64,000 nt of DNA from an uncultured Gemmatimonadales bacterium. Its GTDB lineage: Bacteria; Gemmatimonadota; Gemmatimonadetes; Longimicrobiales; RSA9. The DNA is taken from NCBI GenBank assembly GCA_963798845.1, contig CAWCUS010000001.1, positions 800,001 through 864,000 of the forward strand, in the 5' to 3' direction. Under the pieces are notes generated by a model. That model saw only the letters and a list, made by a program, of their open reading frames with translations, was not told the origin of the DNA and ran no database searches. Both the position numbers and the translations under genes were made by a program. Numbering within the stretch: the stretch's first letter is position 1; each line of letters opens with the position of its first letter. Below are positions 1 to 11,128 of the stretch, one piece after another.

Positions 1-1708
1 ACCACGCCTCCAGCACGGCGGGCGCGTGCTCCGCCAGCCACGGCACCGCCAGCGGACGTCCGTTCATCAGCACCACCACCACGGGCTTGCCGGTGGCGAT
101 CACGCGCTTGGCAAGCTCCAGCTGACGGCCCGGAAGGTCCAGGCTCGCGCGGCTGTTCGCCTCCGCGCTCATGTTCTCGTGCTCGCCCAGAACCAGCACC
201 ACTGCGTCCGCCCGGCCGGCCGCCGACACCGCCGCCGCGAAGCCGGTCGTGTCGTCGCCCTGCACGCTGGCCCCGGGCTCGTACACCACGCGGGTCCCGG
301 GCGCGACCGCGCGGCGGATCCCATCCAGAAGGGTGACCGCATCCTCCGGGCGACCCGCGGCCGCCCACGAGCCGAGGGCATCGCGCGCGTCGTCGGCCAG
401 CTCACCAATGACGGCGACGGTGCCCGCATCCTTCCGCAGCGGCAGCACGCCCTGGTTCTTCAGCAGGACCATGGACTCGCCCGCGATCTTCCGCGCGAGC
501 GCCCGGTGGTCCGGCGTGAGCACGTCCGTCGCCACGCGCGTGGTGTCGGTGTAACGGAACGGGTCGTCGAAAAGACCCAGCCGGTACTTGGCGCGCAGCA
601 CGCGACGCACGGCTTCGTCCACCACCGACTCCGACAGCCTGCCGTCGCGCACCGCCTCCGGTATGTCCTCCAGGTAGATCCGGCTCAGCATGTCGACGTC
701 CACGCCCGCCCGGATCGCCGCGATCCCCACGTCTTCGTCCGTGGCCCCGATGCCGTGCTCCAGAAGCTCGCGGATGCCGGTGTAGTCGCTGACGACGACG
801 CCATCGAAGCCCCACTCGTCTCGCAGCACCCCGGTGAGCAGTGCCCGGTTCGCGTGCATCGGCACGCCGGCGATCTCGTTGAACGCGGCCATCACCGACC
901 CCGCCCCGGCGTCGACGGCCGCGTGGAACGGCGGCAGGTAGACCTCCCGCAGCGTACGCTCGGAGATGTCCGCCACGTTGTAGTCGCGACCGCCCTCCGC
1001 CGCGCCGTAGGCGACGAAATGCTTGGCGGTGGCCATGACCGTGGTGGAGTCCGCCAGGTCGTGGCCCTGAAAGCCGTGGACCCTCGCCGCCGCCATCACC
1101 GAACCCAGGTACGGGTCCTCCCCCGACCCCTCCACCACCCGCCCCCAGCGCGGGTCCCTCGCGATGTCCACCATCGGCGCGAACGTCCACTGGATCCCGT
1201 ACGCCGTCGCCTCCACCGCCGCGACGCGCGCCGCCTGCTCCACCAGCGTCGGGTCCCACGACGCCGCGCTCGCCAGCGGCACCGGGAAGATCGTGCGGAA
1301 ACCGTGGATCACGTCGTGGGCGAACAGGATCGGGATGCCGAGCCGCGTCTCGTGCAGCGCGATCTCCTGGAGCTGCCGCGTCGTCGCCGCTCCGTACATC
1401 CCCAGGAAGGAGCCCACCTTCCCCTCGCGGATCTGCTCCTTCCCGCCCTGGTCCACCTGCGGGCCCGTCTCCCCCCAGCCCCCGTGCCACTGGGTGAGCT
1501 GCCCGACTTTCTCATCCAGCGTCATGAGCGAGATGATCGAGTCGATGAACGCCTCCCGCGCGTCGTCGGCCGGCGACGGGGCGGTGGCCCGGGCGACGCC
1601 GCTTCCGTTCCCGGCTGCGGCTGCGGCCCCGGGGGGAGCGGGCCGCGTGCCCGCCGGTGCGCACGCGGCCGCCGCGAGTGCGGCCAGCGCCAGTGCCACC
1701 CGTCTCAC
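1..1708 (-). CDS. bglX: GH3 beta-glucosidase (BglX-like), lipoprotein signal; 3' end runs off the window
   Basis: Hand translation (absent from the ORF track): GTG at 1708 overlaps the upstream TGA, GGAGG RBS; motifs MTLDEKVGQL, RLGIPILFAHDVIHG, FAPMVDIARDPRWGRVVEGSGEDPYL. Confidence 0.9.
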   Translation of the reverse strand, partial: MRRVALALAALAAAACAPAGTRPAPPGAAAAAGNGSGVARATAPSPADDAREAFIDSIISLMTLDEKVGQLTQWHGGWGETGPQVDQGGKEQIREGKVGSFLGMYGAATTRQLQEIALHETRLGIPILFAHDVIHGFRTIFPVPLASAASWDPTLVEQAARVAAVEATAYGIQWTFAPMVDIARDPRWGRVVEGSGEDPYLGSVMAAARVHGFQGHDLADSTTVMATAKHFVAYGAAEGGRDYNVADISERTLREVYLPPFHAAVDAGAGSVMAAFNEIAGVPMHANRALLTGVLRDEWGFDGVVVSDYTGIRELLEHGIGATDEDVGIAAIRAGVDVDMLSRIYLEDIPEAVRDGRLSESVVDEAVRRVLRAKYRLGLFDDPFRYTDTTRVATDVLTPDHRALARKIAGESMVLLKNQGVLPLRKDAGTVAVIGELADDARDALGSWAAAGRPEDAVTLLDGIRRAVAPGTRVVYEPGASVQGDDTTGFAAAVSAAGRADAVVLVLGEHENMSAEANSRASLDLPGRQLELAKRVIATGKPVVVVLMNGRPLAVPWLAEHAPAVLEAW

Positions 1709-3202
1709 GCGCACCTCCCTTCCAGCCAACCGCCGCGGAAGCCGGCGCGGCAGAGGCCGAGCACCAGGTAAGGGCTCTCGCGCATGACCTTCCACACCAG
1801 GCCGCTCCGGTGGTTCTCGATCATGAGCACGATCGGTCCCTGGTCGATGCCGAGATAGTCGTCATCCACCCACCCCACGCCGGGGACGAGCCTTCCCGCC
1901 GTCGGGGGAGTGTCACGGTAGCTGGGATTGAACGCGTCCAGGAACCCGTAGCGCTGGTACAGCGCCTCGCCGTAGCGGTGACGCATGGCCATGAGCGCCG
2001 GGATCGTGACCTCCGGTGCGAACGGGATCGAGCCGCCCGCCGCCGTGGGCGCGATGGTCCCGTCGTCCCGGATGTCGCCCGCGTCCGCGCCGCGCGCCCA
2101 GTAGGTGTGGAACTGCCGCTCACGCCCGCCCAGGACCAGCGTGGTGTCGTTCGGCCCGTCGGAAGCCGTGAGCCCGAAGATGCGGGGACCGTAGTCCACC
2201 CAGCCGGCCGGGTTGTCCTCCGCGTACGCCTGCTGCGCCAGCGTCGCGCGGCGCGAGTTCTCGAAGTAGTCGATCCCCTTCGAGCGCATGAAATCGTCCT
2301 GGATCCCGCGGAAGTCGATCCAGACGTGGGAGTACTGGTGGCCGAAGAGTGGCGGGAACGGCAGGTGCTCGTAGCCGTAGAACTCGGCCCAGCGGTAGCG
2401 GCTCGTGTAGTGGTCCCAGAATGTCACGCCCCGCCGGGTGCGTGGGGCTGCCGAGCGCCAGGATGTGCAGGATGATGCTCTCGTCGTACCCGGTCCACGT
2501 GGCCTGGCCGAATCCCCGCCCGGCCTCCGGGTGCCACGACATTGTGATCCCGTCCGCGCCTCGCTGCACGAACTGCCAGTCCACCCGCCGGTAGAGCGAG
2601 TCCGCCAGCGTGCGAACCTCCCGCTCCCCCGCGTCATCGCCGTCGAAGTACTGCCGCACGAACAGCACGCCCGCCATGAGCAGGGCCGTGTCGATGGTCG
2701 AAAGCTCCACCGTCCGGTACCGCTCGCCCGTGTCCATGTCCAGGAAGTGGTAGAAAAGGCCACGGTACCCGGCGACGCCCGTCCGCGACGGACCCTGCGG
2801 CGCGCCCAGCAGAAAGCGGAGCGTCGTCAGCACCCGGTCCCTCGCCTGCGTCCGGGTCACGTACCCCCGCTCCGCGCCCACGCCGTACGCGGTCAGGCCG
2901 AAGCCCACCGCCGCCACGCTCGAGAACGTCCTCGCCGGCCAGCGGTCCGGAACCAGCCCGTTTTCCGGGTTCGTCGTCTCCCAGAAGAAGTCGAACGTGC
3001 GGCGCTCCAGGTCCTCCAGGAACGCTTCCTCGGCCGCCGGCGTCTGCTCGGACCGCGCGGCCGCCACGCCCGCGCCGCTCCCCACCGCGCCACCCCGTTC
3101 GCCCCCCGCCCCTGCGCGCTCCGGTCGCGCGCACGCAGCGAGGAGGGTGACGGCGAGCGCCGCCACGGACAGCGGTGCGAAGCGGGGGACGCGTCGGGGC
3201 AT
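1705..3202 (-). CDS. Glucoamylase-family / GH144-like endo-beta-1,2-glucanase, with one extra base near 2419-2424
   Basis: N-half in ORF 2120..3343 (lipobox LAAC, FFWETTNPENGLVPDR, ELSTIDTALL); C-half in ORF 1705..2763 (PLFGHQYSHVWIDFR, GLTASDGP, YLGIDQGPI). Removing one T gives ...PAGRDIWDHYTSRY... Confidence 0.82.
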
Positions 3203-3210
3203 CGCTCTCT

Positions 3211-5298
3211 CTACTGCCGCGGCCAGACGTTGTCGGACGGATCCCCGTCGGGGAATCGTCCGTGCGGGTCCAGGATCACCTTTTCCACGCCGCGACCGCC
3301 AAAGTCGAGGACGACCTTGAAGGTACGGGAGCCCGAGAGCCACACGTCCACCGGCCAGCGCAGCTCGTAGCTCTTCTCCGCCACGCGGACGGCGTTGGCG
3401 GGGGCGCGGACGGACGGGCCCTGTCCCGTCAGCTGGACCCCCAGGACGACGGGCGACGGCATCTGCCCGTCCTGGCGGACGGTCACGGTCGTCTTGCCAT
3501 CAGCCGTCGTGACGTCCTGGATGGAGCCGTCCACGGCGTCGGTGGTGAAGAGCCAGTAGTACCAGAACCAGCCCAGGTCGCGGCCGAGTGCGTTGCTCAT
3601 GTAGAACGCGTAGTCCCACGGGCTCGGGTGCTTGAACTTCCACGTGCTGGCGTAGGCGCTCATGGCGCGCCAGACGGCCGTGTCTCCCACCACGCCGCCC
3701 AGGCTGGAGAGCATGAGCGGCGCCTTCTGGTAGGCCTGGAAGCTGTACATGGGACCGGCATAGTTGGACGGCCACATGAGCGGCGGCTCCAGCTCCTGGC
3801 CGCTCACCCGGCCGTACGCCTGGCCGAGCCCGTCCAGCTGCGGCGCCCGCCCCTGCCGGTCGGCCGCGGACAGGATGTTCATGTACTGGTTGAAGCCCTC
3901 GTCCATGAAGCCGTACCACGTCTCGTTGGTGCCCACCATCATCGGCCACCATTCGTGACCCGTCTCGTGGTCGGCCGCGCCGACGCCGGACATGATCAGC
4001 ATCGGGTACTCCATCCCCATCTCCGGGCCGTCCACCATGGACAGGACGGGGAAGCCGTACGGCATCCAGAGCTTCGAGTAGAACTGGAGCGCGTGACGCA
4101 GCACGTCCGGCGCCCGCGTGAAGCGATCCGCGTGGCCGGGCAGATAGAAGATGTTGACCGGCACGCGGCCGGCGCCCGGGATGTCCACGCTGGTGGCGTC
4201 CCAGACATACCGGCTCGATGCGGCCCACGCCACGTCACCCACCGTGTCCGCCACGAAGTGCCAGACCAGTCGGTCCCCGGACGCCGTCGCCTGGCCGGGG
4301 CCCTGCTGCTCCGCCGTCACGATGTGCCGGAGCTCGTCGGAGCTCGCCACCTGCGACAGCCGGTCCCGCACGCCCGAGGCCAGCACCTGCTCGGGGTTCT
4401 GCAGCACCCCGGTCGACGCCACCAGCCACCCCGCGGGCACGTCGATGGTCACGTCGAAATGGCCGAAGTTGTTGTAGAACTCCGCCGGTCCCAGGTACGG
4501 CTCCTCGTTCCAGCCGCGCAGATCGTCGTAGACCGCCACCTGCGGATACCACTGCGCGACCTGGAACAGCGTGTCCGCCCACGCCCCCATCCGCTCGCCC
4601 CGCTCGTTGAACGCACGCGGCACCTGGAAGCTCCACTCCGCCTCCATCGTCCCCTGCCCGTGCGCCGGGATCGCCGACGCCAGCGGCAGCTCCGCCACGG
4701 TCTCCTTGACGGCGTCGGCGATCGGCGTCCCGTAGCGACGCCCGTTCGGCGCGACGTTGGGCCGCGTGGTGTCCGCCAGGTCCACGGCCTGACCGTTCAG
4801 CACCAGCTTTGTCAGCTTCAGCCCCCCCGTCAGCTCCGGCACCGGCTCTTCACGCGGCACGTTCGCCCGGAACAGGTTCTGGTCCAGCCGCAGCACGATC
4901 GTCTTCAGCGACGAGTCGCTCGGGTTCTCGATCACCACTCGCTCGCTCCCCGTGACCGTCCGCGTCGACGGGTCGAGCCGCGCCCGGATCGTGTAGTCCG
5001 TCCACAGCTGCCAGTACTTCGTCCCCGGGGCGCCCGTACTGTCGCGCGTCCCGGCCGCGAACGCGCGCCGGATGTGGTTCGTCAGCGGGATCGTCGTACG
5101 CACCGCGCGCTCCGGCGCAGCCACGGCACCCGTCGGCGCGCCGACCGCCCCCGCAGCCGCGGGCTCCCCACCCGTGGCTGACCGGGCCGGCGACGGCGGC
5201 GTTCCAGGGGCGGGGCGGGGGGCGCACGCCGCAATGGCGAGGAGGCCGGCCAGGATGGCCGCACGGGTCAGGGCGGGACGCTTCACGGGCAGCTCCAT
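3211..5298 (-). CDS. M1 family zinc aminopeptidase, secreted or lipoprotein
   Basis: GMEYP motif, HETGH plus downstream DEG glutamate, WYPQVAVYDD; lipobox-like IAAC. Confidence 0.88.
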   Translation of the reverse strand: MELPVKRPALTRAAILAGLLAIAACAPRPAPGTPPSPARSATGGEPAAAGAVGAPTGAVAAPERAVRTTIPLTNHIRRAFAAGTRDSTGAPGTKYWQLWTDYTIRARLDPSTRTVTGSERVVIENPSDSSLKTIVLRLDQNLFRANVPREEPVPELTGGLKLTKLVLNGQAVDLADTTRPNVAPNGRRYGTPIADAVKETVAELPLASAIPAHGQGTMEAEWSFQVPRAFNERGERMGAWADTLFQVAQWYPQVAVYDDLRGWNEEPYLGPAEFYNNFGHFDVTIDVPAGWLVASTGVLQNPEQVLASGVRDRLSQVASSDELRHIVTAEQQGPGQATASGDRLVWHFVADTVGDVAWAASSRYVWDATSVDIPGAGRVPVNIFYLPGHADRFTRAPDVLRHALQFYSKLWMPYGFPVLSMVDGPEMGMEYPMLIMSGVGAADHETGHEWWPMMVGTNETWYGFMDEGFNQYMNILSAADRQGRAPQLDGLGQAYGRVSGQELEPPLMWPSNYAGPMYSFQAYQKAPLMLSSLGGVVGDTAVWRAMSAYASTWKFKHPSPWDYAFYMSNALGRDLGWFWYYWLFTTDAVDGSIQDVTTADGKTTVTVRQDGQMPSPVVLGVQLTGQGPSVRAPANAVRVAEKSYELRWPVDVWLSGSRTFKVVLDFGGRGVEKVILDPHGRFPDGDPSDNVWPRQ

Positions 5299-5448
5299 GC
5301 TGAGGGTTCCGACGACTTCCCCGGTCGAAATAGCGTGTCACGGCCACCGATGCGAGCCGCGGGCCACCCTGCACGACCGGAGACGCGCCTGCCCCGCGGC
5401 ACCGCGGACGCGCCCTGCCCGCGGGACTCGGCACGGCGCGGCTGCGGC

Positions 5449-5538
5449 GGGCTACCGGGGCTGGGGCTACCGGGGCTACCGGGGCTACCGGGGCTACCGG
5501 GGCTACCGGGGCGGCGGGGGCTGCGGGGGCTGCGGGGG
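5449..5538 (+). repeat. G-rich 9-bp tandem repeat (GGGGCTACC)x5 with degenerate flanks
   Basis: Five exact units at 5463-5507, then GGGGGCTGC-type units; intergenic. Confidence 0.9.
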
Positions 5539-5540
5539 AA

Positions 5541-6327
5541 CTACTCGGCCTCGTCCTCCCCCGCCTCCCACTCCGCCCGCTCCGCCTCCCGCTCGGCGAG
5601 CGTGGCCAGCGCGTCTTCCGCCGCCTCCGCCACATCCGGGTTGGCGTCGCCGGTGAGACGCTCGAGCACGGAACGGGCGTCGGCGAGGCCAATGCGGCCG
5701 AGGAGGTCGGCCGTGTCGCCGCGTCGGGCGTCGTCCTCCGCCAGCGAGCCTGCGCCTTCCAACCCGGCGATCAATGCCGGGACCAGGGGATCGAGCCCGA
5801 GCGGGTCGTAGAGGAGCGACTCCTCGGCGGCGAGCAGGAGTCCCATCCGGTCCTGGAGCGTGCTCGACACCCACATCTCCAGGAACGCCGCCGTGGCGCG
5901 CCCGTCCGCGAGCCGCTCGGCCGCGTCCGCGTGGCGGCCGCCCTCCAGCAGGGAAGAAAAGACGAGCTTCGCCGCCTCCGGTCCCTGGCGTTCCACGAGC
6001 CGCCGCGCCAGCTCGCGGGGGGCGACCACGCCCGTCATGATCAGCTCGTCGTCGACCACGGTCGTGGGCACCGCGCGCACGTCGTAGCGCTCGGCGAGCT
6101 CGCGCTCCACCGACGCATCCACGATCTCCACCACCACGTGCGGGTTGGCGAGCGCGACGGTCGCGACGGAGCGCAGCTGGTGCGGGCAGACCTGGCACCC
6201 CGGCGCCACGAACAGGAGCACCTCGGTGTCCTTCTCCAGCGCGACCAGCAACGCGGCCAGCGCCTCGACCTCGGCCGGGTCGGCGAGGCCTTCCAGCGTC
6301 TCGAAATCCAGAATGCAGTTCTTCCAT
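5541..6327 (-). CDS. Thioredoxin-fold (CQVC) protein with C-terminal HEAT-like repeat; one extra base near codons 5-6
   Basis: LFVAPGCQVCP, YDVRAVPTTVVD, RGDTADLLGRIG...DVAEAAEDAL. ATG 6327 joins this frame if one T is removed at ~6312-6313 (MEELHLDFETLE). Confidence 0.75.
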
Positions 6328-6406
6328 GGCCGCGATAGTAGCCCCGTCCGACCGTGTCGTCGAGTCCCCGGGCCGGAGGCCCCGCACCGCGGTGCAGGGC
6401 GGTGCG

Positions 6407-7069
6407 TCAGCCCGCCGCCGCTCCCGCCGGCGCCATCCGCCCCCGCCGTCTCATCAGCACCACCGCGATGGCCACCACCGCGCTCACGAGCAGCCCCACG
6501 TCCTGCACCACGCCGAACGTGAACACCGCCGACAGGCCGAGCAACGACCACAGCCCGGGGATGACCAGCAGCCACCCCGGCGCGCGTGGGGCCAGCAGGA
6601 GCATGCCGAACGTGTAGATCACGACCGGACACGGCGCGCCGAACGTCGGGCTGTCGAACCATGCGTGGCCGGTGGCCGCACCGAGGACCGGATAGACGAC
6701 CAGGGCGTACAGCAGCATCAGCGCTGCGAGCACGCCCGCGGCGTCGGGTCGCGGAGCGAACTGCACGCCGCCGCGGACCACGCCCACCCACAGGAAGAGG
6801 ACCGCCTGGAGGATGAACAGCAGGCCAAACCCGAGCGCCGCCGGGTTCACCGCGCTGAAATACAGGATGTGGTAGGCGATCCCCGTCCAGGCCCAGAGCG
6901 CGGCCAGGTAGCGCCAGATCCAGCGCGATGTTCGCTGCCCACCGCGGAGCGCGACGCCGATCGCGACCAGCGCGGCCGCGATCAGGACCAGCTGCGCGGG
7001 CCAGACCGAATGATTGTAGGAGGTGAAGACGCCGAAGAACTCTTCGGCCGAGAACGGGACCTTTCCCAT
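6407..7069 (-). CDS. Multi-pass membrane protein (DUF6064-like)
   Basis: PFSAEEFFGVFTSYN, WAWTGIAYH, PTFGAPCP; GGAGG RBS. Confidence 0.7.
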   Translation of the reverse strand: MGKVPFSAEEFFGVFTSYNHSVWPAQLVLIAAALVAIGVALRGGQRTSRWIWRYLAALWAWTGIAYHILYFSAVNPAALGFGLLFILQAVLFLWVGVVRGGVQFAPRPDAAGVLAALMLLYALVVYPVLGAATGHAWFDSPTFGAPCPVVIYTFGMLLLAPRAPGWLLVIPGLWSLLGLSAVFTFGVVQDVGLLVSAVVAIAVVLMRRRGRMAPAGAAAG

Positions 7070-7242
7070 GCAGCCTCCCGTGTCGAGGGGATGGATGCAC
7101 CAACATGCGACCCGGTTCCCGCCCTCGCTGTCGGGAGATCTCTGACACCTCCGCCGCTGGATGGCGCGAGCCCCGGAGGCGTCCGCCTCCGGGGCTCACC
7201 CGGCCGGCTCTCAGGCCGGCCGCCGCCGGCCGCCGTGTCCGC

Positions 7243-7629
7243 CTATTGCACCGGCACCTGCAGATAGAACGGCTGCCCGCTCTGCAGCGCCCGTTCCAGG
7301 TCCTGGCGGTTGTCGACCAGATCCATGTCCTCGCCCGTGCCGCCGCCCGCGGCACACGTGACCTTGATGCTCATCGGCGTGTACAGGTTGAACGTGATGA
7401 ACGTGGCCAGCATGTTCAGGAACGAGTGGACGGTCTCGACCTGCGCCACCCCGTTCGGGCACCGCGACGCAGTCTCCACCGTGGCGGGCGGTACCAGCCC
7501 GGCGACGAAGCCGTGGGCCCACGGGACTTCAATGGTCTCGCTGCCCATGGGCTTGCCGGTGGTGATGGTGGCGTGGTAGCAGCCTGTGCCGAGGAGTGCA
7601 ACCGCGAGGAGAGCGGACAGCCGCTTCAT
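7243..7629 (-). CDS. Bor/Iss family lipoprotein
   Basis: Lipobox GTGC; CPNGVAQVET-SFLN...YTP...VTC pattern; GGAGG RBS. Confidence 0.75.
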   Translation of the reverse strand: MKRLSALLAVALLGTGCYHATITTGKPMGSETIEVPWAHGFVAGLVPPATVETASRCPNGVAQVETVHSFLNMLATFITFNLYTPMSIKVTCAAGGGTGEDMDLVDNRQDLERALQSGQPFYLQVPVQ

Positions 7630-7787
7630 ACGGACCTCCGTTGGGTAGGGATGGTAAGGACCGGTGCGACGTCTCGGTCCCGTCGCGCGCAGGATGCGCC
7701 GCGGCGTATATGTATTCCGGGTTCCGGTCGCGAGGGCAAGGAAGTCGTGGCCGCGCCGGGCGCACCCAGGCGCCCGGCACCCCGGCC

Positions 7788-9074
7788 TCACGAGCGCCGT
7801 TTCCGCTCCGACGCCCGGGCTTCCCGCACCGCCTCGAGGCTGGCGAGCTTGCTCTCAAGGCTGCCGTACGCCCGCTGAGACATCCACTTGGCGTCGGCCG
7901 CCGTGACCTGCTCGCGATCGAAGCGCTCCGCCATGTCTCGCAGGTCCTCCAGCTCGTCCACCAGCCCGGGATCACCGGGCGCCACGGGCTCCAGCTTCTC
8001 CGCCAGGCGACGCAGCTTGCGGGCGCCTTCCTCGAACGCCCCGCGCTCCCGGTCTCCCAGCGCCGCCTCCCGCGTGCTCGCCGCCTCCAGCAGCAGCAGC
8101 TCCCGGCGCACCTCCGGCTCCACCACCGCCGCCCCGGCGCGCGCCACCCGGATCGGCAGCTTCAGGGTCCGCTTCTCCACACCGCCCGCCGGGAGCAGGA
8201 CGTGCCCCTCGACGGTGAGGATGGCGACGTCGGGCTCGGCGTCCCCGTCGTCGCCGATGAGGAACTCCATGAGGAGGGATCTGGGCTCGAGGGCATAGAG
8301 ATCGCCGAGCTCGAGGCGGAAGGACCCGTCGTCGCCCTGCTGACGCGGGTAGTGGTGCAGGACCTTGATGTGCTCCGCGGCCGGGGCCGGGGCCACGGTG
8401 ACTGCCACGTTCTGCGCGGCGAGCGCCATGAGCCCCTCGATCTCGGCCTGGAACACCGCCGGCGCCTGGTCCGGCGCCTCGATGTAGTACGTGCTTCCGC
8501 CGCCGGCATCGGCCAGCCCCCGCAACAGCCGCTCGTCGTAGTCGGCGCCGAAGCCGATCGTGGTCGTGCTCACGCCCCTGGCCGCGGCCGTCGCCACCAG
8601 CTCCCGCAGCCGCCCGGGCTCGGTGATCCCCACGTTCGCCAGCCCGTCCGTCATCAGGAGCACGCGGTTGACACCCCCCTCCACCAGCGCTTCCGCCACC
8701 AGCTCGCGGCCGCGCAGCCACCCGCCCGACAGGTTCGTCATCCCGCCCGTCCCGATGGTCTCGATGCGGGCCAGCAGCTCCTGGCGTCGCGCGCCCTCCG
8801 TCCGACCCGCGACGGTGCGCACGTCATCGTCGTAGGCGACGATGCTCGCGACGTCCTCGTCGCCCAGCCGCCGCACCAGCAGGCTCGCCGCCTCCTTCGC
8901 CCGCTCCAGCTTGCCCAGCCCCGCCATCGAGCCGGAGCGGTCCAGCACGATGCTCAGGTTCAGTCCCGGCCGGTCCTCCGCTTCCGGCGCTTCACCCGTG
9001 ATGCGCAGCAACACCCGCACGAGGTAGCCCCCGTCCGCCACCGGCTCATGGTCCAGCAGGATCTTCGTGTCCAT
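7788..9074 (-). CDS. VWA-domain protein (YfbK-like)
   Basis: MIDAS DRSGS, GMTNLSGG, LLMTDGLANVG, TIGFGADYDE. Confidence 0.85.
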   Translation of the reverse strand: MDTKILLDHEPVADGGYLVRVLLRITGEAPEAEDRPGLNLSIVLDRSGSMAGLGKLERAKEAASLLVRRLGDEDVASIVAYDDDVRTVAGRTEGARRQELLARIETIGTGGMTNLSGGWLRGRELVAEALVEGGVNRVLLMTDGLANVGITEPGRLRELVATAAARGVSTTTIGFGADYDERLLRGLADAGGGSTYYIEAPDQAPAVFQAEIEGLMALAAQNVAVTVAPAPAAEHIKVLHHYPRQQGDDGSFRLELGDLYALEPRSLLMEFLIGDDGDAEPDVAILTVEGHVLLPAGGVEKRTLKLPIRVARAGAAVVEPEVRRELLLLEAASTREAALGDRERGAFEEGARKLRRLAEKLEPVAPGDPGLVDELEDLRDMAERFDREQVTAADAKWMSQRAYGSLESKLASLEAVREARASERKRRS

Positions 9075-9177
9075 TTCGGATGCCCTCCACGGCCTCCGTC
9101 CCGCCCCCCATGGGCCGGACACGCCAGAAGGTAGGGATGGGGTGTGACAGACCTCCACGCGGAGGCCACCAGCGCGG

Positions 9178-10254
9178 CTACGGCGTGACGAGCAGGAAGG
9201 CGAATCCGAAGAGGGCGTAGACGGCCAGGAGCAGCACTCCCTCGAACCACGTCACCTCACCGTCCTGGGCAATGGCGTTGACGATGAAGGCTACGCTGGC
9301 GATGGCGATCAGCTCGACCGGGTTCTCGAACACCAGGTTCATGGGAGAGCCCATGGCGTAGGAGACCAGCACCAGCACGGGCGCCAGCAGCAGCGCCACC
9401 TGGATGGTCGAGCCCACGGTGATGCTCATGACCAGGCTCATCCGCCCCTCGCGGGCGAAGTGCACTGCGGACACGTACTCCGCGGCGTTGCCCACCACTG
9501 CCAGCACGATCACGCCCAGGAAGAACGTCGACAGCCCGAACCCCTCGGCCGTGGCTTCCAGCGCCCCTGCCACGAGCTCGGCTTCGAGCGCCGTCACGGC
9601 AGTGCCGCCCGCCAGGACCAGGAGCGAGAGCCAGACGGGCCAGGCTCCGCCCTCGTCGCCCCCGCCTTCATCGTCGTCGCGGGCGAACACATCCCTGTGG
9701 GTCACGAACGTGTACGCCAGGTTCGCAACGTAGACGACGACCAGTACGGCAGCCACGCCGAGGCTCAGCGTCTCGTCCAGCGCCGAGACCGTGGCCGCGC
9801 CCTCCAGCCCCCGCTCCATGTAGTCGAACAGCGCCGGGAGCATGAGCGCGATCACCGACAGGATCAGCAGGCTCGACAGCAGCCCCGCGCGCTGGCGGTT
9901 GAACGTGCGATGCTCCCGCCCCCACGTCCCCACCACCACCGCCAGTCCCAGCCCCAGCAGGCTGTTTCCGATGATCGAGCCCGTGATCTGCGCCTTCGCC
10001 ACAGCCGCGTTCCCCGCGGCCAGAACGAACAGCGCCAGCACCAGCTCCGCCGTGTTTCCGAACGTGACGTTCAGCAGACCGCCGATGGCCGAGCCCGCCC
10101 GCCGCGCCAGGTGGTCCGTGGCTTTCCGGATCCACTCCGCCAGAGGCGCGATCGCCGCCACAGCCGTGACGAAGACCCAGAGCGGCGAGGCGTGGACCAC
10201 GTGCTCGAGCGCCAGGGAGATCGGGACCAGGACGAGCAGCCAGGCGGAGATCAT
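9178..10254 (-). CDS. cax: Ca2+/H+ exchanger (CAX/ChaA family)
   Basis: Alpha repeats [11 protein letters not shown] and [20 protein letters not shown]; about 10 hydrophobic segments. Confidence 0.9.
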   Translation of the reverse strand: MISAWLLVLVPISLALEHVVHASPLWVFVTAVAAIAPLAEWIRKATDHLARRAGSAIGGLLNVTFGNTAELVLALFVLAAGNAAVAKAQITGSIIGNSLLGLGLAVVVGTWGREHRTFNRQRAGLLSSLLILSVIALMLPALFDYMERGLEGAATVSALDETLSLGVAAVLVVVYVANLAYTFVTHRDVFARDDDEGGGDEGGAWPVWLSLLVLAGGTAVTALEAELVAGALEATAEGFGLSTFFLGVIVLAVVGNAAEYVSAVHFAREGRMSLVMSITVGSTIQVALLLAPVLVLVSYAMGSPMNLVFENPVELIAIASVAFIVNAIAQDGEVTWFEGVLLLAVYALFGFAFLLVTP

Positions 10255-10372
10255 GCGCGCCAATGTGGCCGCCGACGCCGCGGGGCGAAAGCGCAGGAAG
10301 CACCCGGCCGGGCCGAGAGGGCCCGTCGCCCTTCCGCCCTCACGGCCACCCCGCCGACGGCCCTTGACCTCG

Positions 10373-10388
10373 TCCCTAACGTTAGGGA
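10373..10388. promoter_or_regulatory. Perfect 16-bp palindrome TCCCTAACGTTAGGGA, putative operator
   Basis: In the divergent intergenic region, just after TTGACC (10364-10369). Confidence 0.45.
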
Positions 10389-10422
10389 TCGGTCGTCCCC
10401 CACCCTGTCCGGAGGCCTCACC

Positions 10423-11100
10423 ATGAACATCGGGATTCTCGGATCCGGCGCAGTCGGCCAGAGCCTGGGCACCGCGCTGGCGCGCCAGGGCCACGAGGTC
10501 GTGCTCGGGACTCGCACTCCGGAGGAGCTCGAACGCCCGCGCGGGCACGGCGCCGCCTCCCTCGCCGTGTGGCGCCAGCGCGCCGGAGCCAGCGCGCGTA
10601 CAGGCACGTTCCCGGAAACGGCCGCCCACGGCCACGTCATTCTCAATGCGACGAACGGCGCGGGATCACTCGACGCCCTTCGCGCCGCCGGAGCTCCCAA
10701 CCTGCGCGGGAAGGTCCTCATCGACATCTCCAACCCGCTGGACTTCTCCCACGGCATGCCGCCCACCCTCTTCGTTGCCAACGACGACTCGCTGGCCGAG
10801 CGCATCCAGGCAGCGTTTCCCGAGACGCGGGTCGTCAAGACCCTCAACACCACCAACGCGCTCGTGATGACGGACCCGGCCCGGGTCGGCGGCGGAGACC
10901 ACACACTGTTCGTCAGCGGGAACGACCCCGAAGCGAAGCGCCAGGTCATGGACTGGCTCCGCGAGTGGTTCGGGTGGCGCGACATCATCGATCTGGGCGA
11001 CATCACCACCGCGCGCGGAGCCGAGATGCTCCTCCCGCTCTGGCTCCGACTCATGGGAGCGCTCGGCACGCCCATGTTCAATTTCAAGATCGTGCGCTGA
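10423..11100 (+). CDS. NADP oxidoreductase, F420-dependent-like family
   Basis: [11 protein letters not shown]ossmann motif, [34 protein letters not shown]. Confidence 0.88.
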   Translation: MNIGILGSGAVGQSLGTALARQGHEVVLGTRTPEELERPRGHGAASLAVWRQRAGASARTGTFPETAAHGHVILNATNGAGSLDALRAAGAPNLRGKVLIDISNPLDFSHGMPPTLFVANDDSLAERIQAAFPETRVVKTLNTTNALVMTDPARVGGGDHTLFVSGNDPEAKRQVMDWLREWFGWRDIIDLGDITTARGAEMLLPLWLRLMGALGTPMFNFKIVR

Positions 11101-11128
11101 CCCGCCGGAGCGACGGTCCAGGCCGGAG

